IMG/VR virus record: IMGVR_UViG_3300024239_000017
DNA length: 64,000 bases
Strand: one strand, 5' to 3'
Source of the DNA: a virus
The position numbers and the translations under genes are program-made. Positions 18,818-28,767 of the stretch are shown piece by piece. The notes beneath the pieces were generated by a model. It did not search any database, had not been told where the DNA came from, and saw nothing but the letters and a program-made list of their open reading frames with translations. The first letter of the stretch is position 1; each line of letters begins with the position of its first letter.

Positions 18818-21800
18818 TTAATATGACTCTTCGTTTGAAACCATCCATTTAAAATATGATTTAAATTGACTATGTTTATCCTGTGTTAATCTGGCTAAGA
18901 ACCAATCTCCTCTAAGTCTTTCTAGTACTTTTTTGGAAGTAAACGATATGGCTTCACTATTAAGTGTTTTATATATTTCATTATCGTCCCAATTCCATAA
19001 AGGAAGATGTGAGCTCTCTTTCTTAACTCTATTGTAGAAATAGTTAATATTTACCGTTTCGTCAAAATGAGTTACAGGTATACCTTGTTCTGTGCTAGAA
19101 ATACTTATAGGGTATTTTGATTTTTTAAAACTATCTTCGTATTCTAAATGCAATAATCCAGAGTTATTTGTTTGATTATAAACTGTCAGTTTATTAAACA
19201 ATTTTTTTCTCCATACCGCATAATCATAATCATTATAGTATCTTTTTGATATACCCCATACTTTCATGTCATTTAATACATTATTTGTATAAGTATTTTT
19301 TATAGGTATTTCAATAGTCCAAGGATATAATTTTCCATAAAATACTTGATAAGATTTATTAGTATTAATATGTGTCCATATTCCCTTTTCATTTTCATCG
19401 GCACTATAGTTTATACCTGTTTGGAAATAGTCATTGTATGCTACAGAATAATTTGGTTTAAAGTCATAATAACTTATCCAATTATTATATATAGGAGAAT
19501 ATGCAACAGTCCAAGATACATTTTTAAAGTAGTTTTTATCTGTTAATTCTATTTTATTAGAAACTTCATTATTTATATAATAAAACTCTCCGTTAGAATA
19601 AGATATTTTCCCTTTATGTTGAGGTAGTATTTTATAATCTAATTTTGTAATGAATACTCTTTTAAATTTAGAATCCCACCACATAAGAATACCAAGTCCT
19701 TTAAAATGATTATCTACATCTTCTTCCGTTAAATTATATATACCTTGTTTTAGTATTTTAAAAGGAAGATGTTTTTTAAACCATTTTCTCATTCCGCTTT
19801 CCCCACCTGATTTTTTGAAATCAGATATTATATTCAATCCTTTCGCATTTGACTCTAATTGGAATACTTTTCCTCTTTTAGCATCTGTCCAGAAATGACC
19901 AAATTCACATGATACCATGGATCTATGTTGCGATCCTGTTTCACCTAATTCTGTATAACTAAACTGCATAGGTCTTTGAGCAAATATTCCTCCTGTTCCA
20001 AGCTCTTCGTTATCCTGATTTATTCTTTCTCTCAATACATCAATAGCATTAAATACTGTCATATTATTGCTGAATCTTCCCATTACTTGAGTTGATTCTA
20101 TAGCGTCTAAAGATATTAATTTACCATATGAAAATGGAAATCTATATATATTGAAAGGTTTAAATATTAACCAAGGGTCTGATAAAGATACTTCTGAGTT
20201 ATCGGCTTCACTCCATGCTACACCATTTTCTGCTTCTGAAAGACAATCCCATTTTTTCTTATCATAATAAGAAGGTAATACTCTATAAGGCAACCCTGTT
20301 TGGTTTTTTGAAAATATATCATTGTAATAAAAGATATTATTATGTGCAATTGTTACATTTTCTTCTTGAACCCAATCTTCTACATTAATTCCTTTTGAAG
20401 CAAACTGTTCATGATATTCTTTACCAGAGTATCTATAATTTGTATTTATTTCTGATTCAACTAAGAAATATGGTATAGCATAAGCATATAAATAAAACTT
20501 AGAGGGTTCTCCTTCATAGAATTTTTTAGCACCTGTAGTACAATCCATACTATATTTAGAAGATAAATAAGGCATATCAGATGAACCTATTTCGTCATCT
20601 ACTGACTTATGATCAACATAAAATCTAGTATATCCTATATTAGAATTATTACTATATTTAAATGCGGTTCTATTTGCCAAGCCTACAGCGTTATTATCAA
20701 ATAAAGATACTTTATTCTTGAAGTCTACTCTTGATATAAAAATATCCCCTCCGAATATATTTTTTGATTCGTTATTAAATAATACATTGTGGTTTAAAGC
20801 AAGCCATTTTATTTCGTCTATTTTACCATATTGATCTGGTACATAGTTTTTAAGTGTAGCATATGGACTAGCTATTTTCTTAACCAAGTTTGTATCATTA
20901 CATCCATTCTGTGAAGATAAATATCTACTTGAGTTTCTAACTGATATATCAGTATTATCATAATTAAAATATTTCGAAGGGTAATTTATAGGAAAATCCT
21001 CTCCTGTAAATAAATATATACTTCCTTCTCTGTCTTTGTTGTTTAATACTGTTATAGTAGAATCATTATTATCTGTCTCAAATGTTACTTCTAAACCGTT
21101 ACTTAGATATTTTGAAGTTACCAACCCTCTTAACATATCCCCTTTATCTTTATTTGGAACAAAGTAGTTATACATTCCTTTAGAAGAAACGTACATTGAA
21201 GCAAAGTTATTAACAGATCCTCGTTGTTCAAATATTTCCAACCATTGTGCTTTAAGTTTAGGTAACTTATATGTAACTAGATTTATACCTTCTATACCTA
21301 AATATATGGCTGTTGCTATTGTTGAGGTTGCTGCACCTATAGGGTTTCCACCAGTATTGGCTATACCTACTGTAAACCAATAATTTTTAGAACTTTCTAC
21401 TGTTAATGTTGCAACATTTAATGCTGCTTCCATTAAGATTTCAGCCATAGCAAGTTTATCTGCTTTAGAATATGCTTTAGATCCTAATAACACCCATTCA
21501 GAATGGTTTTTTACTTTAGTAAAACTAGTTAAAGCTTTACCATACATATAACCGTCTATCTGAAGTTCACTAGGTGATTTGGGTCTATTATAATATACCT
21601 CTGGGGCTATTAAAGAAAATCTATCATTTTTAATAGAGCTATATGGGTGATTTAATAATACTTTTCTATCCTCATCTTCTGTTATAAATTGATTTTTACC
21701 TAGTGAATTATACGGGAAGTTTCTGAAAAATGTTCTTTCATTATTCTTACTATTCTTTTTATCCTCATACATATCGTTAAGGATTCCTTTCATTATAATA

Positions 21801-24800
21801 GATTTATCTACTGTTCTATCCCCTCTATATATTTCATATCCTATTATACTATCTCTTTGTTCTTTACTTATTAGATTTGATTTTACTGCCGAATCTAAAA
21901 ATACATTAATAGTTTTTTCATCTATTGTTATTCCTATTGGAAATATTTTACTATTTGAAAAGTCTATTAATGACTCTGAAGACATGAAAGGTATTATACT
22001 ATTATCGGGGAATTTGAAGTGTCTTATTGGTTTACATACTAAATTTGCTTTACTTCTACCGTCTTCATCTTTCCAAATAATATTCCCATCAACGCCTGCT
22101 CCTTCTACATAATAATCAGAAAATAAATTTAATATTTCATCATCTTCGTGTGATAAATCATTTATATTAAGTTTAAGAACAGAACTGTCATATAAATCAT
22201 TATTATCTGGATATGTTTCTGTTGATTCCCAATATGAAAACATACCATATTTATGAGGTACTACACCACAATTTTCATTAATAGGAGCATTAAACTTACA
22301 GAATGTCTCATAGGTACTAACCTTATTCATGTAAATTTTAGAAGCATTTACTATTGCTTTATAATATTCTACTCCTCTAATTTTTATATCAAAACAAGAA
22401 CTTGTTGTTGAAGGAACATATCCATTTATAGTATAGATACAAGGATCTCCTTCCGCATCTTTAAATGTTTTCGTTACATTTTCAAGATGTATTAATTTAG
22501 TATCAAGCGTTAAATACACCTTGCTTCTTCCTAAAACAGATTTTTCTAATAATAAAAATTTACCATCGGTACTATTATAAACTCCATGTGATAAAATATT
22601 CAATGTTCTACAATCATCATATATCACATATCTAACTTCGTTGTCACCAGAAGTTGCATCTTTTACCATACTAGCTTCTGTTTCTGGAGTTATCTCTACC
22701 AATAGTTTTTCATTATTATCGAAGTTTATTTCATACCACAATGCTGTTTTAGGTAATTTATTTTCAAATCCTGTGTAAGCAGGAGCTGTTACATTTGTAA
22801 GTAAATTATTCTTATCTATAACATAATCATCCTGTGTTCTATTAGGACTTTGTATGTAGTTATTTATATTTGTATATATATTACCACCTTGGTTATTACT
22901 ATTAAGTTTTAAAAGGTTTATTGTACCTGTAAAATCTAGTGCAAAAGCATTGGAATAAGTAGGTAATCCTAAAGCTGAAATACAGTCATTATTTTCATAA
23001 GTGTTTTGTCTATCTACGAAATGACTTATTTCAGTATTTTTAACATCTACAGGCTCATTAGTTTCATCTATAATTTCTATATCCGCATATAATTTTTGTG
23101 TTTTAGAATTTACATAGCACTTATTTTTAGTAGATGTATGTGAATATTTTTCATCTGTTGTTACTTCCCAAGGATATTTTTTTTCTATAAGGTCTGCTTG
23201 TTCGTTTATTACATCTCCTATATATAGTCTAGAAGATATTTTTACAGGTGTGGTACATGTTTCTACCCCACAATCTGAGTCACAGATTTCAAAAGGTATA
23301 GAATCTGTTACGTCACACTCTTCTAAAATATCATCTGTTAGAAGCTCTTTTAATTCTGGATAATAATAATCATCTCCAATTTCAGCATCTCTAATAGCGT
23401 CATAATGAGTCTCAACAAAATCACGTAATGAATAAAAATCTTCTTCTATTTTAATTTCTAATTGTAGATCTGTTACTGATTTTACATTTTCCTGTAAACA
23501 GTCTTCTTCTACCTTTCTTGTTATTACTTTATTATTATCATATATAATATCTGAATAACTGTTTCCTAATACTTTACCTGTATTATAAAATTGCCATTTA
23601 TGTATTCTATCTGTATTTGAACAAGTAGCAGAGTTTGTTAATAATGAATCTACATCTAAGTTATAACCATTATCATGTATAGATAGATCATCTAAGCTAC
23701 TTGGTCTTCCCACAAAAGGAAATAAAGACGTTTTGTAACCTGTATTAGATATAAATCTTATACCTAATGGATATACTTCGTCCCTCATGTAACCTTTATA
23801 ATTGGCTACATTTATGCCGTCTTTATATAAATCTTCCCCTGCTTCGACTGTTTGCCATTTTACAAAAGAACCAAGCATATTTACCATTGGTTGAAGATTC
23901 CATTCTTTTTCTACCTCGTAATCGTATCCAAATAATATACCATTAGAAGCTACCATTCCTCCAAAATTTTTATAAACAGGTTTTTCAGAAAATAATTTAT
24001 TTATACTTATTCTGTTTTTACCACTATTTGAGCTATATATTATATTTACGTCTGTAGTAGAGTGTACACCTTCTTCATACGCTGTAACATTATCGTTGGA
24101 TACTCTTTCTATGACAACTACTTTATAGAAATTAAATTTTCTATCTAGATTTTCTACTTTTACTTTTATAGAATAGTTTGTTGATTCATTGAAACTTTCC
24201 CCTGTAATTGAAAGATTATCAAAATCAAAGTTTGTTATTGGATTTGTCGCGGCAATATAAGAAGTTAATTCATTGCCTAGTTTATCACAATATGCTATAT
24301 AAAATTCATAGTTTCCTCTCTTCAAGCTTCCACCATAATTTACCATTGTTGGTTTTAAAACTGGTGTTATATATTTTGGAAACAATCTCATTTTATCGCA
24401 ATCTAGACAAGTTGGTATCATTTCATTTTCACCACATTGTGAATCTATTTCATAATGATAATAATCTAAATTGTCTAATATTATATATCTAGGTGGATTA
24501 TTTTTTGAAGCAAAAGTCATAGTGAATCCACATGCTTCTCTTTTTAATTCTATCGAATGTATTGGATAATTTGGATCAAAATTTAAACAGTTGTTACACT
24601 CGTCTGATATAATAGTTGTATAAGTACACGTTTCTATTATATTTTCTATGTTTTCTAACGGTTCAGATAATACTGTTTTTATATCACAATTGCATTCTGA
24701 TGTAGAATCTTCTAAATCAGGAGAATCACCATTTATTTCTATATAACCTATTTCAGAATTTCTTACTTTTATTACATTATTATTTTCATCTAATACTTCA

Positions 24801-25084
24801 TTACCATTTTCATCCAGTTTATTATGCTTATCTTTTTGTGTTAAAAAGAACCATACTTTATTGTTTAAAGAGTCATATTTATTACCTATTACTACATACC
24901 CTGGTTTAAATCTAGAACATAGATAATTAGAATGTTCATTAGTAAGTGCTATAGATTCATCATCTGTTTCTATATTACCATTTTGCATAAAAGTATAGGA
25001 CTTCTCATCTATAAGATGTGAGAAACCCTGTCTTTCCATTCCATTTATTCCAAATGATATTTGTATATTATCTTTTTTTGCCAT
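18818..25084 (-). CDS. Tail stabilization / muzzle protein
   Basis: 2088 aa, Cys-rich; GYMRDEVYPLGIRF, PIRHFKFPD, GGDIFISR, SWTVAYSP..WISYYDF motifs typical of crAss-like tail stabilization proteins. Confidence 0.8.
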   Translation of the reverse strand: MAKKDNIQISFGINGMERQGFSHLIDEKSYTFMQNGNIETDDESIALTNEHSNYLCSRFKPGYVVIGNKYDSLNNKVWFFLTQKDKHNKLDENGNEVLDENNNVIKVRNSEIGYIEINGDSPDLEDSTSECNCDIKTVLSEPLENIENIIETCTYTTIISDECNNCLNFDPNYPIHSIELKREACGFTMTFASKNNPPRYIILDNLDYYHYEIDSQCGENEMIPTCLDCDKMRLFPKYITPVLKPTMVNYGGSLKRGNYEFYIAYCDKLGNELTSYIAATNPITNFDFDNLSITGESFNESTNYSIKVKVENLDRKFNFYKVVVIERVSNDNVTAYEEGVHSTTDVNIIYSSNSGKNRISINKLFSEKPVYKNFGGMVASNGILFGYDYEVEKEWNLQPMVNMLGSFVKWQTVEAGEDLYKDGINVANYKGYMRDEVYPLGIRFISNTGYKTSLFPFVGRPSSLDDLSIHDNGYNLDVDSLLTNSATCSNTDRIHKWQFYNTGKVLGNSYSDIIYDNNKVITRKVEEDCLQENVKSVTDLQLEIKIEEDFYSLRDFVETHYDAIRDAEIGDDYYYPELKELLTDDILEECDVTDSIPFEICDSDCGVETCTTPVKISSRLYIGDVINEQADLIEKKYPWEVTTDEKYSHTSTKNKCYVNSKTQKLYADIEIIDETNEPVDVKNTEISHFVDRQNTYENNDCISALGLPTYSNAFALDFTGTINLLKLNSNNQGGNIYTNINNYIQSPNRTQDDYVIDKNNLLTNVTAPAYTGFENKLPKTALWYEINFDNNEKLLVEITPETEASMVKDATSGDNEVRYVIYDDCRTLNILSHGVYNSTDGKFLLLEKSVLGRSKVYLTLDTKLIHLENVTKTFKDAEGDPCIYTINGYVPSTTSSCFDIKIRGVEYYKAIVNASKIYMNKVSTYETFCKFNAPINENCGVVPHKYGMFSYWESTETYPDNNDLYDSSVLKLNINDLSHEDDEILNLFSDYYVEGAGVDGNIIWKDEDGRSKANLVCKPIRHFKFPDNSIIPFMSSESLIDFSNSKIFPIGITIDEKTINVFLDSAVKSNLISKEQRDSIIGYEIYRGDRTVDKSIIMKGILNDMYEDKKNSKNNERTFFRNFPYNSLGKNQFITEDEDRKVLLNHPYSSIKNDRFSLIAPEVYYNRPKSPSELQIDGYMYGKALTSFTKVKNHSEWVLLGSKAYSKADKLAMAEILMEAALNVATLTVESSKNYWFTVGIANTGGNPIGAATSTIATAIYLGIEGINLVTYKLPKLKAQWLEIFEQRGSVNNFASMYVSSKGMYNYFVPNKDKGDMLRGLVTSKYLSNGLEVTFETDNNDSTITVLNNKDREGSIYLFTGEDFPINYPSKYFNYDNTDISVRNSSRYLSSQNGCNDTNLVKKIASPYATLKNYVPDQYGKIDEIKWLALNHNVLFNNESKNIFGGDIFISRVDFKNKVSLFDNNAVGLANRTAFKYSNNSNIGYTRFYVDHKSVDDEIGSSDMPYLSSKYSMDCTTGAKKFYEGEPSKFYLYAYAIPYFLVESEINTNYRYSGKEYHEQFASKGINVEDWVQEENVTIAHNNIFYYNDIFSKNQTGLPYRVLPSYYDKKKWDCLSEAENGVAWSEADNSEVSLSDPWLIFKPFNIYRFPFSYGKLISLDAIESTQVMGRFSNNMTVFNAIDVLRERINQDNEELGTGGIFAQRPMQFSYTELGETGSQHRSMVSCEFGHFWTDAKRGKVFQLESNAKGLNIISDFKKSGGESGMRKWFKKHLPFKILKQGIYNLTEEDVDNHFKGLGILMWWDSKFKRVFITKLDYKILPQHKGKISYSNGEFYYINNEVSNKIELTDKNYFKNVSWTVAYSPIYNNWISYYDFKPNYSVAYNDYFQTGINYSADENEKGIWTHINTNKSYQVFYGKLYPWTIEIPIKNTYTNNVLNDMKVWGISKRYYNDYDYAVWRKKLFNKLTVYNQTNNSGLLHLEYEDSFKKSKYPISISSTEQGIPVTHFDETVNINYFYNRVKKESSHLPLWNWDDNEIYKTLNSEAISFTSKKVLERLRGDWFLARLTQDKHSQFKSYFKWMVSNEESY

Positions 25085-25085
25085 T

Positions 25086-25997
25086 TTATGTAACTATAAA
25101 TTCAATATTGTTTCTTCCACTATTGTTGTAAGAATAATTTCCAAAATTAAATACACTGAACTCTTTTTTAATTTTATTTCTATAAACATTTAAAGAATTC
25201 ATAACTTTTGACATTTTTATTTCACCTACTGTTTTTGTAAAGAATTGTCTTTCTTCTTCGGCATATAATGTATATAAAAATTGTTCGTTGGTAGTATTAT
25301 CACTATTATTTAATAAATCTTCTATTATTCTTTTTTTAACATATGCTTTGATATATTTCATTAGGTTTCCTTCTGCCGTATCTGGTATCATTATAAAACC
25401 ATCCTCGTCTTCTTCATAACCATTATATATCATAAATATATTACCTTCCTCAAAATTCGTATAAAGAGTTTTGTTATTTATACTTATTTCATAAGTTGAA
25501 TCATTCATTCTAAAATTTACACAATTTTTATCACATTGTGTTCTTTTTACATAAGGTGTTAATTTTAATTTTAAAGGTTGAAGATTATTGTAATAAAAAT
25601 TAGCTCTTTTACCATTATGTAAATAGGTTTTTTCAACTATACACGAATCTGTTTCTTGTACATCACAAGGATCGCAAGAATTCCATTCTTGTTTTTTCAA
25701 TTCCCTTACTTTATAAAAATAAAAATCTTGCTCAATATCTTCGGTAGTATCATCAACTGTATATACATGTGGTTCACATTTTATAGCATAATAAATACTT
25801 TTAAAACCATCTGGTAATTTAGCTTTATTATTTTTAACACGTAATACACTTTCTATTTTGATTGTAGGTAATATATTTAAAGCATTTAATGCTTGTATAG
25901 TCCAATCATATACATCCATATCATCTATTAGATTTGCTGAATCATATTGTCTGAAGGATCTTTTTATCTCTGCTAAAAAATTACTGAATTTTGTCAT
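25086..25997 (-). CDS. Tail tubular / ring protein
   Basis: Synteny just upstream of muzzle; LYTNFEEG..Y..DEDGFIMIPD motif. Confidence 0.7.
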   Translation of the reverse strand: MTKFSNFLAEIKRSFRQYDSANLIDDMDVYDWTIQALNALNILPTIKIESVLRVKNNKAKLPDGFKSIYYAIKCEPHVYTVDDTTEDIEQDFYFYKVRELKKQEWNSCDPCDVQETDSCIVEKTYLHNGKRANFYYNNLQPLKLKLTPYVKRTQCDKNCVNFRMNDSTYEISINNKTLYTNFEEGNIFMIYNGYEEDEDGFIMIPDTAEGNLMKYIKAYVKKRIIEDLLNNSDNTTNEQFLYTLYAEEERQFFTKTVGEIKMSKVMNSLNVYRNKIKKEFSVFNFGNYSYNNSGRNNIEFIVT

Positions 25998-26484
25998 TTT
26001 TTACATTATTGTTTTTATCTGTTATAGCTTTATTAGAAGCACCTAAATATATATAGTCTGCTTTACTGACACCGTTCATTAAATTTAAATACCTGTATCC
26101 GTTCTTTATATTATTATCAATTCCTTCCATAATCTTTGTACTAAATTTAAAGTCCATAGACCAGTATTTAAATATGCTATTTTCTGTTGGTATAAATGTA
26201 GGCATGTATCTTTTCAAATGTTTTCCTCTTAATGTAGTTCTAAATGTAAAAGGGTGTCGGTATACAAAAAAATAACCTATTCTATTTATTAATACCCCAG
26301 ACCTACTTTTTATAATATTGTCCCCTACTTTTTTTAAAAACAATCTTATTATCCTATCATTATCATAATGATGAAGTCTATTTTTAGTATTATCTTTTGT
26401 GCGTTTTCTGTAGTAATTTCTAAAATCTTTATCTAGAACCTTTAAGGTTGATGGTGTCAAACAATTTACCGTACTTTGTCTCAT
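25981..26484 (-). CDS. IHF/HU-like DNA-binding protein
   Basis: Basic; IIRLFLKKVGDNII..GVLINRIGYFFV; lies between ring genes as in crAss-like phages. Confidence 0.55.
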   Translation of the reverse strand: MRQSTVNCLTPSTLKVLDKDFRNYYRKRTKDNTKNRLHHYDNDRIIRLFLKKVGDNIIKSRSGVLINRIGYFFVYRHPFTFRTTLRGKHLKRYMPTFIPTENSIFKYWSMDFKFSTKIMEGIDNNIKNGYRYLNLMNGVSKADYIYLGASNKAITDKNNNVKNDKIQ

Positions 26485-27176
26485 TAATTAGGGTTTGGAT
26501 TTTTTTCGTTAGAATTTCCAGAAGGAAGTTCATCTTTTGGTATTTGCATTCTCAATGATATTTCTTTTATAGCTTCCTGTATTACAGCCTCTCCTATTTT
26601 ATTAGGTAGATTAAATTCAGCATCATAATAATTATTACAATTATCACATTCTTCGCAATATCCCATATTTATTATACTTTCGTCTAGTGTGTATAATAAA
26701 ACATTTATTCTTTTCACTGTGCTATCAGGGATTATAATTCTATTGTCTGGATAAATAATTGCATATTTACCTTTGAATTTTTCAAAATTACTTCTGTTTT
26801 TAATATTCATAAACTCTAATGGAGATATTAATTGGTATTTTTTACTGTTTGTAATATTAGTTACCATTAATATTGAAGATCCATATCTAGACCATATTAA
26901 CTCTGGTAATTTAACTTTAGTAACCATTACAGTTCCACAGTCTTCTAATTCTACTAATCCACACATATATGTGTCCATCTCCTTCATTTCTACGCAGTTT
27001 ACCCATGAGAATATATTCATTTCTCTAAAAAGAGATTTATCATTAAATTTTTGGGAAACTAGAAACTCTGCTTTAGATTTCAATACAGCCAATACATATC
27101 TTTTAGGGATATACATGTCTTTATTAATAGCATTTAGTGTGTTTTGTACTCTACTTATTACTTCGTTGTAAGTCAT
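26484..27176 (-). CDS. Tail ring protein
   Basis: Synteny; Cys motifs and EFNLP near the C-terminus. Confidence 0.6.
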   Translation of the reverse strand: MTYNEVISRVQNTLNAINKDMYIPKRYVLAVLKSKAEFLVSQKFNDKSLFREMNIFSWVNCVEMKEMDTYMCGLVELEDCGTVMVTKVKLPELIWSRYGSSILMVTNITNSKKYQLISPLEFMNIKNRSNFEKFKGKYAIIYPDNRIIIPDSTVKRINVLLYTLDESIINMGYCEECDNCNNYYDAEFNLPNKIGEAVIQEAIKEISLRMQIPKDELPSGNSNEKNPNPN

Positions 27177-27194
27177 TTTAATATAAATTATATT

Positions 27195-27227
27195 ACAAAA
27201 TTATTAAAAAATTTTTAAATAACCAAA
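27195..27227 (-). promoter_or_regulatory. Promoter for the ring/muzzle operon
   Basis: TTTG-N20-TAATTTTG on the minus strand. Confidence 0.65.
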
Positions 27228-27245
27228 TTGGTTGATTTACAAATT

Positions 27246-27273
27246 AAAAAAGGCTGGATAAAATACCCAGCCT
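27246..27273 (-). terminator. Terminator after endolysin
   Basis: aggctgg/ccagcct stem plus U run. Confidence 0.8.
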
Positions 27274-27300
27274 AGAAAAGAAAACAAAGAAAACAAAGAA

Positions 27301-27846
27301 TTAGTATTTAAAATCATATATTGATTTACTTCTATTAAACCATCCTTTTAAAAACTTCTTCAATGTAGTTTTTGACTCTGACAGTCTATTATAAAAAGAT
27401 TCTCTCTTTGATTTTAAACATTCCTCTTTAATATTTTTCATTTTAGATAATGTGACCATTCCAATTACACCATCATCTTTTACTCCAGCACATTGCTGCA
27501 TTATTTTTATAGCTCTTGAAGTTCCCATATTATAAGCCATATCAAAATAATATAACTTTGTTTCATATGGCATTGCGTCTGCTCTGATAGCAAGGTAGAA
27601 TTTAACGAAAGCTATATAACTAGCTTCTTCTCTTGTTGTATCTTTAAAATCATCAAAGTTTTTAAATAATGACTTCCAATAGTTAAATGCTATACCCCAA
27701 ACAGTCCATCCTCCGCTGTCTCCTGCAACATTGTGAAGTTTTCCCCCACCTTCCCATTGCATTACTATAGGAAATATTTTATCTCTGAACAATGCAAATT
27801 CTTCAGGATATTTCACTGCTATATTTTTATAAAATTCTAAGTTCAT
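27301..27846 (-). CDS. Endolysin, glycoside hydrolase family 108
   Basis: WEGG..DSGGWTVWGI, FDMAYNMG, DGVIG..TL, FLKGWFNR. Confidence 0.9.
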   Translation of the reverse strand: MNLEFYKNIAVKYPEEFALFRDKIFPIVMQWEGGGKLHNVAGDSGGWTVWGIAFNYWKSLFKNFDDFKDTTREEASYIAFVKFYLAIRADAMPYETKLYYFDMAYNMGTSRAIKIMQQCAGVKDDGVIGMVTLSKMKNIKEECLKSKRESFYNRLSESKTTLKKFLKGWFNRSKSIYDFKY

Positions 27847-27847
27847 T

Positions 27848-28147
27848 TTATTTTTTATTAAAGTTATTTAATATTTTAGATATACTTCTCCTAGTTCTTA
27901 TTATCATGTTAAATGTAAATCCAAATAAAAAATTTGTAGTTATCCATTGAACTTGTTTTACACTACTAGGTCTTTCTTTCAGAAAAACAAACTCGAATAT
28001 AGAATATATAATTACAAATGATGTAAATAACATTCCTAGAAATTCTGGTCTAGATATACTATTTCTATATCTTATCAGACAGTATATAGTATACATCCAG
28101 TAAAAAGTTATAAAAAAGTCAGATAAAATATAGATTAAGTTTTCCAT
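27848..28147 (-). CDS. Three-TM membrane protein, holin candidate
   Basis: Three hydrophobic segments, basic C-terminus, adjacent to endolysin. Confidence 0.55.
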   Translation of the reverse strand: MENLIYILSDFFITFYWMYTIYCLIRYRNSISRPEFLGMLFTSFVIIYSIFEFVFLKERPSSVKQVQWITTNFLFGFTFNMIIRTRRSISKILNNFNKK

Positions 28148-28148
28148 T

Positions 28149-28553
28149 TTATTTCTTAAGTTCGTTTGTTAAATATCTCATTTGAACTTCGTAGTCTTTT
28201 ATTTTAAGCTCGTAGTTTTTTATTTTTCTATCCTGTTCTTCTACTCTTTTTTTAAGAGATTTTATAACTTCGTTATCCTTTTCAGTTTGTTTCTCCAAAG
28301 CTTCTATTTTTTCAAGTAGTCTTCCTCTTTCTTCGATGGCGATCCTCTCTCTTGCCTCCATCTCTTTTATTTTAGTTGTAAAATTATTATATTGTTTATC
28401 TATATCATCGGTCATCTTATTGTAGACATCTTGTATTTTTGAAAGAATATCTGCTCTATCCCTTTTTCTTGTTGATACCCATGTTATTATTATACCTAAA
28501 AAAGTGGCAATAGTCTTCCAATTTTCAAAAATAAAATTAATTACTTTGTCCAT
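28149..28553 (-). CDS. N-terminal TM plus coiled-coil protein (holin/spanin-like)
   Basis: WKTIATFLGIIITWV then a long heptad coiled coil. Confidence 0.5.
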   Translation of the reverse strand: MDKVINFIFENWKTIATFLGIIITWVSTRKRDRADILSKIQDVYNKMTDDIDKQYNNFTTKIKEMEARERIAIEERGRLLEKIEALEKQTEKDNEVIKSLKKRVEEQDRKIKNYELKIKDYEVQMRYLTNELKK

Positions 28554-28740
28554 TTTTATTATTTATATTGGCAAAATCAGTAGACATTCTACCTAATATT
28601 GCTATTGTTACTGGTATAACCCACTCATATGGTTCTACTCCTGGTTTGAAATACATTTGAAAACTTGTCAAACCTGCTATCAAATACCCTATCAATGAGG
28701 ATATTGGATATTTTCCTAAAAATATATTTTTAAATTTCAT
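28537..28740 (-). CDS. Small two-TM holin-like protein
   Basis: 67 aa, two hydrophobic helices. Confidence 0.5.
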   Translation of the reverse strand: MKFKNIFLGKYPISSLIGYLIAGLTSFQMYFKPGVEPYEWVIPVTIAILGRMSTDFANINNKNGQSN

Positions 28741-28767
28741 AATTTTTAATTATTTTAAATAAATAAT

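Noticed and set aside
27277-27300. Short tandem repeat aaagaaaac and the pyrimidine run at 38231-38260
   Set aside because: Low-complexity intergenic sequence; the latter is just an A-rich translation-initiation region on the minus strand.
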